A DNA stretch of 64,000 nucleotides from Balanoglossus misakiensis (Eukaryota > Animalia > Hemichordata): assembly GCA_040954595.2 (NCBI GenBank), contig CM082576.2, positions 20,073,028 to 20,137,027 of the forward strand. The letters are read 5' to 3'. The notes under the pieces are model-generated. The model was not told the origin of the DNA. It made no database searches and saw only the letters and a list, made by a program, of their open reading frames with translations. This document shows positions 40,321-52,255 of this stretch, piece by piece; within the stretch, counting starts at the first letter, position 1; every line of letters begins with the position of its first letter. A program made the translations under genes and the position numbers.

Positions 40321-41654
40321 TAGTCCGTGGGCACGACGGGTCCACCGTGCACCCCCCCCCCCATAAACCTACCACTTGGGTATTTTTTTGTTCTTTAGAA
40401 CGTGCTGAACAAGAAAAAAGATGTTAACATTGAATATTTTGGGTTGCACTACCCCTCCGGGGTGGTTTTTGAATGGTATGTGCCGCTCAAAATGGCGAAA
40501 AATGGGTTGGGTGGGGGGTACTATATTCTCTCCTAAAAAAATAAAACTACCATGAAATTACATAAACCTCATATTTTTAGAAAGCTTAGATACTGCTCTT
40601 TACGGGAAGCACAAACTTTATTAAACAATATTTATGAATATTTAATTAGATGATTTTTAAATTAATTTTTTCGGCAATTTTGAAAGTTTTCACTCAAAAG
40701 ACAATGTTACAATTGTGATTTTCTTTTTGTGAAGCAAATTTTTGACAACTTTTTAGGTTTGGATTATTTAATTCTATATATTAAACAAGAAAACAAATGT
40801 TAACATTAGTTATTTAACAATACAATACTTCTTTAGAGACAACTTTGAAATGCATGTATCCTATGGGATTACGCATGGTCTTGGGGTAGGGGTACTATAT
40901 CCTCTCCTAAAAAAAATAAAACTAGCAAACAATTACATAAACCTTATATTTTTAGAAAGCTTAGACACTGCTCTTAACGGGAAGCACAAAGTTAATTATA
41001 AAAAAAATTATGAATATTTAATTATAAGATTTTTAAATTAATTTTTTCGGCAATTTTGAAAATATTCACCCCAAAGACAACGCAACAATTGTGATTTTCT
41101 TTTTGTAAAGCAAATTTTTGACATCTTTGGGGGTTTGGATTATTGACTTCTGTTTATTAAACAAGAAAACAAATGTTAACATTAGTTATATAACAATACA
41201 ATACTTCTTTAGAGACAACTTTGAAATGCATGTATCCTATGGGATTACGCATGGTCTTCGGGTAGGGGGTACTATATCCTCTCCTACAACAATAAAGCTA
41301 GCTTCAAAGTACATAAACCTTATTATTTTAGAAAGCTTAGACACTGCTCTTTACGGGAAGTGCAAATAGGAGTAAAATTAATTTTTGATTATTTAATTAT
41401 ATGATTTTTAAATTATTTTCTTCGGCAATTTTGAAAATATTCATCCCCAAAGACAACGCAATGATTGTGATTTTGTTTTTGTGAAGCAAATTTTTGACAG
41501 CTTTTGGGGGTTTGGATTATTGACTTCTATATATACTAAACAAGAAAGCAAATGTTAACATTAGTTATTTAACAATAAAACACTTCTTTAGAGACAACTT
41601 TGAAATGTGTGTATCCTGTGGGATTACGCATGGTCTTGGGGTAGGTGGTACTAG
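40321..41654. repeat. Truncated element with ~375-bp internal tandem repeats (~3 copies)
   Basis: 'ggtactatatYctctcctaaaa' occurs at ~40517, 40891, 41268 and, cut short, at 41647. The element begins TAGTCCG with a small hairpin (gcacg...cgtgc). Confidence 0.8.
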
Positions 41655-43790
41655 ATTCTATATTGATTTGAAATGGCAGATCAATATGTTTGGTAATAAT
41701 TCAGTTATTGCAGTTGGGGACTGGAATGTAGTGAGGGTTTTGATGCTGACACAGCTGGCCGCACTACAGACTCTCACTCGGATGCAAGGCAACAAATTGA
41801 TCTTCTCTGTGATGAGTATAATTTGATAGATATTTGGCGGATGATAAACGAGTCCTCGCGTACATTTACGTAGTTTAGGCGCAAAAGACTTGATTATTTT
41901 CTTATTACGCCTGAATTCGCTAATGTGACCGCAACTGCAAATATTTGTGTCGGTTACCGGAGTGACCACTCTGCAATACGTCTCTCTCGGATGACAACGA
42001 TTATGTGGACATTGTTAAAAACACAATTCGGGATACTAAGGATGAGTACAGACAGGAGGGAAGCTCTCAAGCTGGTCCCACTTTTATCATTTCGGATCAA
42101 CTTTTCTTGGATACGTTGAAAATAAAAATTCGTGGAGTTACGATTTCGTATGCAACTAGGAATTTATTAGGGCCGAGAAACAGCTTGAAACGGAGAATAT
42201 TTTACTAGAAACTCGTGTGAATGATCTATAAACGCCTGACATGTTAGATGAACTGCATGAAAAAAGAACAGTTGATAGCATACTGTCAAAAAAGTAGAAG
42301 GAAGTCGCGTACGTGCTCGGGCCAGGTGGTCTACAGAAGGGGAAAAACCTACTAAGTATTTTTGCTCTATGGAAAAGAGACATTTCACCAATAAAGCCAT
42401 CGGTCAGCTGTGCCTGAGTGTTGGCTCCACAATAACTGAGGACGAAGACATCCTTCGTGAACAATCTAAGTTTTACCGGAATCTATATGCGGCTACCAAA
42501 AACGTTGCTTGCAATATTGATCAGTTAGATAATTTTATGCAGCATGGAAATACTTTGCCTACTTTGAGTACTGAGGAACGGGATTCTTTGGAAGGGGCCC
42601 TGTCTAAGCATGAATGTGGAGTAGTGTTGAAGTCAATAGCAAATAATAAGTCACCAGGAACAGACGGTTTTTCTGCCGAAATTTTTTTGGCCCGACATTG
42701 GTGTTTATATAGCCCGTGCAATTAATTCCGCCTACTCCTCAGGCGAAATGTCTATTTCTCAAAAGCGGGGAATTGTTACTTGTATCCCGAAACCCAACAA
42801 GAATAGATTTCACATGAAAAATTGGCGCCGTATTACATTGCTAAACACGGATGATAAGATTGCATCTGGTGTTATAGCAAACCGTATGAAACGGTTCTTG
42901 CCAAAAATTATTCACCCTGACTAGAAAGGTTTTTTGAGGAAAGGAAGGTATATTGGTGAAAATACACGTTTGATTGATGATGTATCGTTAACTTCAAAGA
43001 TAGACAAGGTTTTCTTGTACTTCTAGACTTTGAAATGGCGTTTGACACGCTTTCTTGGGAATTTATCGATAAAGCATTGAGAAAGTTTAATTTTTATCCC
43101 TCTTTCAGAAAATGGGTCAAAGTGTTTTATAAAAACACCACTAGTTGTGTTATAAATAACGGAAACTTTCCTGATTTTTCCCCTCGAGAGAGGTGTTAGA
43201 CAAGGTGATCCTCTATCACCGTACCTGTTTATCACCTGTGTTGAAAAACTTGCGCATGAAATCAGAGCCCATAGTAATATAGAAGGAATTACACTTAGAG
43301 ATAAAAAAAAAATTACTGGGGCAATACGCAGATGATATTTTTGTATATTTAGATGGTTCTGAAAGTTCTCTGAAAAATCTGTTTGCTACCTTGGGTTTCT
43401 TTACTTTTCTGTCGGGTTTGCGAATTAACTACCAAAAAACTAAATTGGTTTGGTTTGGCGCTAAATGCCATTCACATGATATTTTGTTGCCAAAAAAGAA
43501 CTTATTATGGGTTGATGAACCGTTAACAGTTCTTGGTATTAACCTGAACGTTGATCTTGTTGGGCTTGATATGTTAAATTTTACACCAAAAGTAAGGGAA
43601 GTGTCCACACTGCTTACTAAGTGGTCATGGCGACCTGTGACCTTGTTTGGCAAGATAACAATAGCTAAAACACTTGCTTTGTCAAAGTTTATTCATATTT
43701 TCTCATCCTTACCTCCCATGTCAGATAATCAAATATGTACACTTATTAGAGTTTTATCGGAATTCAAAACCTGATAAAGTCAATAGATTA
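41655..43790 (+). pseudogene. Decayed L1/Tx1-like LINE ORF2 fragment
   Basis: Ordered motif remnants across frames: VGDWNV, RLDYFLI, YRSDHSAI, RARARW..EGEKPTKYF, NKSPGTDGF, KNWRRITLLNTD.KI, LDFEMAFD, RGVRQGDPLSPYLF, QYADD, SGLRINYQKT, TLFGKITIAKT. Many stops, frameshifts and deletions. Confidence 0.9.
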
Positions 43791-45595
43791 AGATTATTAG
43801 GGCCCAAGCCCAGCAGGCTTAGGCCCTATTGTTTTTACTGGAGTTTTTAGGGCACAAGCGCCCTCAGGCGCTTGTGCCCTATTGGTATTGTTGGCTTTTT
43901 TCTTCTACTGATTTTTTTTCTTGTGCAGTTTTTTCGGCCACTTTGATCTTGAAAACGGCTGAACCTACAAATCTCAAACTTGGCACAGTGGTGCAGGCCT
44001 ATGAGAGCTAGTGCAGTACCCTCGTGAATGTTTAATAAGTCATGTGACCTGATGACCATATATGGGCAAAGTTTTCAAATGGGCCTAATTTGCATATGAA
44101 TGGAAATATCAAAATTCTTTTAGCGATTTTTGCGGACCATGTGGTCAGTGTCCTACATGCCAAATGTCAAGGCCGTGGGTTAAGTCTATTTTGAGAAGAA
44201 GATTTTTTTATTTTTCATATTTTTGGACCCAGCCATGGGCCTATACTTTCTATAGTTAAGCTATGACGCTATGTCCACGTCGGCTGTGCAATGGTCCTGT
44301 ACAGTGACTCTCTATTGGCCCGTGAGCAGAATGGCACCACAATAAAAGGCAAAGTTTTGGGATCACCTGTAACACCTGCTTAACTCATTAATTATGTGCA
44401 TACCTAATTCCAGGATAACTAATACGGCTAGAGGTTTTGTTCTTGTGGGACATGGACCAGTATGGGATCAAAAATTGTTGCCCAAATTTTGGGTGACCTC
44501 AGGTGACCTTTGACCTACTTTCCTATATCTCGGCATCCACAGCAAGTACAGACTTGGCGTTTGGAGGGTTGTGACTAAAATTGAAAAGACAAAATTGGGG
44601 GCCACCTGTGACACCTGCATATCTCATTAATTATGTGCATACCTAATTCCAGGCTAGCCAATAGGGCTAGAGGTTTGATTTTTGTTGAACATGGACCAGT
44701 ATGGGGTTAACATTTCTTGCCTAATTTTGGGTGACCTCAGGTGACCTTTGACCTAACTTTCTATATCTCGGCATCCAGATCAGGTACAGACTTGGCATTT
44801 GGAGGGATTGAACTCCCAATGGAGTCTTACACTTTACCTCAAAGTTGGGGGTCACCTGTGGCACCTGCTTATCTCATTAATTATGTGCATACCTAATTCC
44901 AGGCTAGAAAATAGGGCTAGAGGTTTGACTTTTGTTGAACATGGACCAGTATGGGGTTAAAATTTCTTGCCCAATTTTGGGTGACCTCAGGTGACCTTTG
45001 ACCTACTTTACCATATCTCGGCATCCACAGCAGATACAGCCTTGGCATTTGGAGGGATGACACTCCTGATGGAGCCTTACACTTTACCTCATTAATTATG
45101 CGCATATCTAATTCTAGGCGAACCAATAGGGCTAGAGGTCTGGTCTTTGTTGGACCTGGACTAGTATGGGGTCAAAAATTTTTGCCCAACTTTCGGGCGG
45201 CCTCAGGTGACCTTTGACCTACTTTCCTATATCTCGGCATCCAGAACAGGTACAGCTTTTGTGTTTGGATGGATCAAACTATTAATGGAGTCTTATACTT
45301 TACATCATTAATTATGTGCATATCTAATTTAAGACAAACCAATAGGGCTAGAGGTCTGGTTTCTGTTGGACCTGGACTAGTATTGGGATCAAAACGTTTC
45401 GCCCAAATTTTGGGTGACCACATATGACCTTTGACCTTCGGCTTAAGCTTGTGCCCGTCATCGCTGCTTGCAGCTATATTTAGGGCCCAAGCCCAGCAGG
45501 CTTGGGCCCTATTGGTATTACTGGCTTTTTTTAGGGCCCAAGCGCATGCAGCGCTTGGGCCCTATTGGTATTATCCTCTTTTTTAGGGCACAAGC

Positions 45596-48500
45596 CATAT
45601 TTTTGAACCCAGCCATGGGCCTATACTTTCTATAGTTAAGCTATGACGCTATGTCCATGTCGGCTGTGCATTGGTCCTGTACAGTGACTCTCTATTGGCC
45701 CGTGAGCAGAATGGCACCACAATAAAAGGCAAAGTTTTGGGATCACCTGTAACACCTGCTTAACTCATTAATTATGTGCATACCTAATTCCAGGCTAACT
45801 AATAAGGCTAGAGGTTTTGTTCTTGTGGGACATGGATCAGTATGGCATCAAAAATTTTTGCCCAAATTTTGGGTGACCTCAGGTGACCTTTGACCTACTT
45901 TCCTATATCTCAGCATCCACAGCAGGCACTGACTTGGCGTTTGGAGGGTTGTGACTAAAATTGAAAAGACAAAATTAGGGGTCACCTGTGACACCTGCGT
46001 AACTCTATTATGTGCATGCGTAATTGTGGGGTCAATGAAAGGGATGCTAGCATGGTATTTGTTGCACATGGATCAATATGAAGTCCGATTTTCCTGTCAA
46101 GTTGTGGGCGACCTTATGTGATATTTCACCTACTTTTGCTTAGTGAATAACAGCAGATGCATGCAGCTTTGGCGTGGTGGGGGGGGGGGGGTATACGGAT
46201 GGGACCATAATGATATACCAAAGGCGGGGTCACCCGTTGCACCTGCCGAAGTCATTGATTTTGTACATTTAATTGGACACTAACCAACAGGGCGATATGT
46301 GTGGTTTTTGTTCCACACGGACGAATGTAAGTGTCAGTTGGTTTTTGCCCAAATGTATAAGGTGATTTGGATGACCTCTGTCGTACAGTGCCATATCTCA
46401 GCACGTTGTGCAGGTGCAGCTTTGGTATTTGGAAGGATGAAACTATCATGAAATGCCAAATACATGGGGATACCTGTGACACCTGCTTGATTTGTGTATT
46501 CCGTGCATACCTAATGGTAGGCAAAGTGAAAGGGCTGCAAATGTAGGATTTGTTGCACATGACATAAACAGGAATGAAAATTTTTTGTCAAATATTTGGT
46601 TGACCTCAGGTGTCAATTGACCTGCTTTCCATATGTTAGCATGCAAATCATATATAGCCAGGTGTTTGGAGGGGTAGGGTAGGACCTCTGCGTCATGAAA
46701 TGCTAAATTCCTGGGGCCACCTGTAACTTACTTGCGTAACTCATTTTATGGTCATATCTAATTTGACCAACCCAACGGGCAAGGATTTTCCGTTGTCTTG
46801 AATATGAACCAAATTTTTGGTCCAATTTTTGGGTACCCTCAACTGACCTTTGAAGTACTTACTGAAGTACTTACAACGTAGAAGTTCACCTTTGGTTGTT
46901 GTTTTTGTACTTGTACGACATGCATTTCAGGTGGTTGCCTACTTCCCCATATCTCAACATCGAGAGCAAATACAGCCTACGCATTTGAATGGTACAACCC
47001 TGAATGGAGTCTAATGGTTATTAACTCTATGCTTGGGCCCCTTCAATGCTGCTTGCAGCTTTAATTTTTTTTTTTCTTGTGTAGTTTTTTTGCTCAGGTA
47101 GATCTTGAAAACGGTTGAACCTACAAATCTCAAACTTGGCACAATGGTGCAGGCCTATGAGAGCTGGTGCAGTATCCCTGTGAATGTTTAATTAGTCATG
47201 TGACCTGATGACCATATATGGGCAAAGTTTTCAAATGGGCCTAATTTGCATATGAATGGAGATATCAAAATTCTTTTAGCGATTTTTGCAGACCATGTGG
47301 TCAGTGTCCTACATGCCAAATGTCAAGGCCGTGGGCCAAGTCTATTTTGAGAAGAAGATTTTTTTATTTTTCATATTTTTGAACCCAGCCATGGGCCTAT
47401 ACTTTCTATAGTTAAGCTATGACGCTATGTCCATGTCGGCTGTGCATTGGTCCTGTACAGTGACTCTCTATTGGCCCGTGAGCAGAATGGCACCACAATA
47501 AAAGGCAAAGTTTTGGGATCACCTGTAACACCTGCTTAACTCATTAATTATGTGCATACCTAATTCCAGGCTAACTAATAAGGCTAGAGGTTTTGTTCTT
47601 GTGGGACATGGATCAGTATGGCATCAAAAATTTTTGCCCAAATTTTGGGTGACCTCAGGTGACCTTTGACCTACTTTCCTATATCTCAGCATCCACAGCA
47701 GGCACTGACTTGGCGTTTGGAGGGTTGTGACTAAAATTGAAAAGACAAAATTAGGGGTCACCTGTGACACCTGCGTAACTCTATTATGTGCATGCGTAAT
47801 TGTGGGGTCAATGAAAGGGATGCTAGCATGGTATTTGTTGCACATGGATCAATACGAAGTCAGATTTTCCTGTCAAGTTGTGGGCGACCTTATGTGATAT
47901 TTCACCTACTTTTGCTTAGTGAATAACAGCAGATGCATGCAGCTTTGGCGTGGTGGGGGGGGGGGGGGTATACGGATGGGACCATAATGATATACCAAAG
48001 GCGGGGTCACCCGTTGCACCTGCCGAAGTCATTGATTTTGTACATTTAATTGGACACTAACCAACAGGGCGATATGTGTGGTTTTTGTTCCACACGGACG
48101 AATGTAAGTGTCAGTTGGTTTTTGCCCAAATGTATAAGGTGATTTGGATGACCTCTGTCGTACAGTGCCATATCTCAGCACGTTGTGCAGGTGCAGCTTT
48201 GGTATTTGGAGGGATGAAACTATCATGAAATGCCAAATACATGGGGATACCTGTGACACCTGCTTGATTTGTGTATTCCGTGCATACCTAATGGTAGGCA
48301 AAGTGAAAGGGCTGCAAATGTAGGATTTGTTGCACATGACATAAACAGGAATGAAAATTTTTTGTCAAATATTTGGTTGACCTCAGGTGTCAATTGACCT
48401 GCTTTCCATATGTTAGCATGCAAATCATATATAGCCAGGTGTTTGGAGGGGTAGGGTAGGACCTCTGCGTCATGAAATGCTAAATTCCTGGGGCCACCTG

Positions 48501-49155
48501 TAACTTACTTGCGTAACTCATTTTATGGTCATATCTAATTTGACCAACCCAACGGGCAAGGATTTTCCGTTGTCTTGAATATGAACCAAATTTTTGGTCC
48601 AATTTTTGGGTACACTCAACTGACCTTTGAAGTACTTACTGAAGTACTTACAACGTAGAAGTTCACCTTTGGTTGTTGTTTTTGTACTTGTACGACATGC
48701 ATTTCAGGTGGTTGCCTACTTCCCCATATCTCAACATCGAGAGCAAATACAGCCTACGCATTTGAATGGTACAACCCTGAATGGAGTCTAATGGTTATTA
48801 ACTCTATGCTTGGGCCCCTTCAATGCTGCTTGCAGCTTTAATTTTTTTTTTCTTGTGTAGTTTTTTTGCTCAGGTAGATCTTGAAAACGGTTGAACCTAC
48901 AAATCTCAAACTTGGCACAATGGTGCAGGCCTATGAGAGCTGGTGCAGTATCCCTGTGAATGTTTAATTAGTCATGTGACCTGATGACCATATATGGGCA
49001 AAGTTTTCAAATGGGCCTAATTTGCATATGAATGGAGATATCAAAATTCTTTTAGCGATTTTTGCAGACCATGTGGTCAGTGTCCTACATGCCAAATGTC
49101 AAGGCCGTGGGCCAAGTCTATTTTGAGAAGAAGATTTTTTATTTTTCATATTTTT
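45596..49155 (+). repeat. Near-identical 1.78-kb tandem duplication
   Basis: 45596-47371 is repeated at 47372-~49150. ORF pairs 45848/47624, 46252/48029 and 46446/48223 are offset by 1776-1777 bp. Only a few substitutions and a 1-bp poly-G difference are visible. Confidence 0.95.
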
Positions 49156-49458
49156 ATACCTGGCCATAGGCCTATATTTTTTATAGTTAAAGGCGCCTAA
49201 GCTGCAACGGTTTACACTTAATTTTGCCAAAAATAACCCCCAAATGTCGCTTACATTGTTTGAATCCATACAATTAAGCGGTATACCCTTCAACTACCAC
49301 ACTGGGACATCCAGTGCGAAAGAAATTCACGATTTTCGAAAACGCAGCCACGTGACCAGGAACACAAGAAATGCCGCGTCAAACGGAGAACGAGATCCCG
49401 ATCTTACTGCGTGATACGGCGTGATGTGAGCGTGACCTTTATTCGCAACTCAACAACA

Positions 49459-51502
49459 ATGGACGCACCATATGAGGTAATGTATGTCCATTTTGTAAAC
49501 AAACTCACGTGTTTTCTGCCTCCTCAAACCTCGTTTTTTATTGCTAAATGTTCTTCAGTTCGATGTTTCACTTGAACAAAGATGATATTACTACAGTTTT
49601 AGGCTTGATCGATCAAATGTCAAGGAACCAGAGCTTGTTATGCTCGTCGCCATACATACGCGTTTATGGCTTACGCTACTCTCGGTCCCATCGTGGTTCG
49701 TGTGGAATACGAGGTGGTTTCGCATATTTTTTACATGACTAGTAATTCGTTTTGAATCTGGATTTACTCAGAAATGTTGTTAGTTTGTAATATGGCGTTT
49801 GGGTTGTGTAGTTACGATCGTATTCGCGTATTTGTGACATGAGCATCGACCTCTGTGTGTTCCAGTGTTTCACGGCCGTGTATAGCCGGAAACACACATA
49901 CCTATAGTATGGCTAAATGTGTTTCCGCTGTACGCCCGGGCGGTTCAGTTTAATAGTGAACAATCTTAGTAATATCCGTGAATTTCCGAATCATAAGGCA
50001 AAACGGACCACTTTCTATTCAAGGCAAAGAACACGTGGCATACAACAAGTGACGTTGTTTGCACTGACTATAACGTTGCTATGGCGATACCATAATAAGG
50101 ACAAACATGCTGTCCTTTTGCTAGGGGATTTAGATTGGATGGAAGTAGAATGGCATGGGAAATTTACTGACGGATTTACCACACTCTTTGTGTGGATTAT
50201 TATGGCAAAGGCCACCTTTTTATCAAGTGGCTTAGGGAAAATATCAATGTTATGTTTCTACTCTGCCCACTCTCTGAAAGTTTTCTTGTTCACTCATTTT
50301 GCAGGCATCTTCTGACAGTTCACAAACTGAATTTCAAACTGAATTTCAAACAAGAGGGAATCAAAGGGGCAGGGTGAGAGGTTCAACAAGAGGACAGAGA
50401 AGTAGGGGGAGAGGCAGAGGAAGAGGAAGAGGAAGAGGTGATACAAGAGCAGATGAAGCTTTACGAGATGTGCAGGAAAGAAAAAATACTGTTTGCGTAA
50501 GTAAAAATTTGCTTTGATAATAATCGGACATAAACTGACATCAGCTTATAGCCTTCACCGTAATAATAATAATAATAATAATATCTAATTTTCAGGAAAT
50601 GTTGCAGAAAATGACGCAAGAACAGATGCATGATCTGTTGTGGCAGGTGGTAGAGAGAGACATCAGTCTAGTGTTTGATTTGGCAGTGCCGTGTCAGGAT
50701 AATGAAGAAGGTTACCATCCTAAACCATCAACAAACACTCCAGAATGGTGTATATGTGAAAACTGCAGGCAGATGCCAACACTTCCAGAGAGGAAATGTT
50801 GTGGGAAGCTGCCCGAGTTTTGTATATCTAGATTACCTGTAAGTATGTTTATGAACTGAATGCACAACAGCTTGTTGTCCACATTTTTCAAGAACAAAAA
50901 TCAGCGTACAAGATATGAAGATATTAATTTTCTCTTTTAACCTGATTTTCCCTGCCCATGCTCACGTGTAGGTTCTGAATTTACAATTCAAGGTAGCGAG
51001 TTGACAAAGACATTTGCACCAATGTTTAACTAGAAAAACACCGACACCCCCCCCCCCATTTGGGAGATAAATAGGTGGGATTTGATCCTGTGATAGTTTG
51101 TGCAGGCGTAGTTAGGCATGTGTACATAAAATTCATATTTCAGTGTTTCAAAGGTACAAAAACTTTCAGAAGACTGATATTGCTACATTGCAACATTTCT
51201 TCGAAAAATATTCATTGAAACAATTCATATTTTCCCAGGATTTCAGAGTCATCTGCTTACATGAAGGGGTATTGGCAGTAGCTCGGGCCTACAGAATGGA
51301 TATCATGGCTACTAATGATTTCGATGATTACAATAAGTGCAACAGGCATGCTGCCTACCGCCAGTTTATTTTGTGGCAGCACGGAAAACTGGGAGCTGGC
51401 AACCGGAAAGTTATCGCGAGCTGTTGTGTTTGGGGTATACGGGATAAATACCCTGACAACTTCGGACAGTACACAGGGTTTATCCCAACCCGTTTTGCGT
51501 GA
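49459..51502 (+). CDS. KolX-like accessory protein with P2X7 C-terminal ballast (Zn-binding Cys) domain, ~238 aa, 4 exons
   Basis: Exons 49459-49476, 50305-50496, 50596-50838 and 51239-51502, all with GT-AG phase-0 introns and an open frame. Motifs: RG-repeat N-terminus, WCICENCRQMP...ERKCC, CL...VL, RHAAYRQFILW, LGAGNRKVIASCCVWGIRDKYP...GQYTGF. The 6-codon first exon (MDAPYE) is less certain. Confidence 0.85.
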
Positions 51503-51755
51503 AGTAACAACATGATTTTATTTACAATTTTTTCCTTATATTTTCCACTACCTCATTTTACGCAATTATTGATTTTAAGATCGAAAGAACTCAGGGTTTA
51601 TGCAGGGAATGCATAATTTTATTTACATATAAGTACTATTTAGTTTGTTTTACGTTAGCTTATTTTTCTTTCTTTTTTTCTTATTTTGAATGTTTATTAT
51701 CTTATTTATTGTGAAAAAAGTGACAACTTTTGTTATGTTTGAAACAGTAATTATG

Positions 51756-51770
51756 TTTATTGAAAATAAA
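51756..51770. terminator. Back-to-back polyadenylation signals (TTTATT-gaa-AATAAA) between the convergent genes
   Basis: AATAAA on + at 51765-70 is followed by a T/GT-rich tract. AATAAA on - is at 51756-61. The region is AT-rich, so chance occurrence is possible. Confidence 0.45.
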
Positions 51771-52255
51771 GTTTCTTTTTAAAATGTATATAATTGTTGT
51801 TGTTTTTTGGTAAAACAGACTACATCTCTACTAAAAGGTAACTAAATTCATGTAGAATATATCACAGGTTGCATTGACAAGCAGGTAAGACTTTGTTTCA
51901 TATCTGACAATGATTATCAGACAATCACTTTCACAGAAAACACAAATATCAGTGTTTTAAAGGGGGGAAAAGGCAAAAATTGCTACAAGATTATATAAAT
52001 TCTAATTTTGCAACCATTTGAAATAACCATGGTGACTCAAATCACAATTTTCACATTTTAAAGCTCATTTGCATAGTTTTGCAGATGACAACTTCAGTTG
52101 AACAAACTACCATCTACAGCCCGTCCTGCATCTTCACACCAAATATCGAGGTGGTATACCAAGCACTTTCAATTTTTGTTATGTGGACAGACATAACCCA
52201 TTCCATAAGGTCCCACACACACACACGAAATGGGACAGATCAAATACATATCAGA

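Noticed and set aside
49187-49210. piggyBac classification based on the TTAA duplication
   Set aside because: The termini are AGG...CCT rather than CCC/CYY...GGG, and the transposase motifs and second gene are Kolobok-like.
50596-51502. Host P2X7 receptor gene
   Set aside because: Only the ballast-like domain is present, with no transmembrane or ectodomain exons, and it lies between transposon TIRs.
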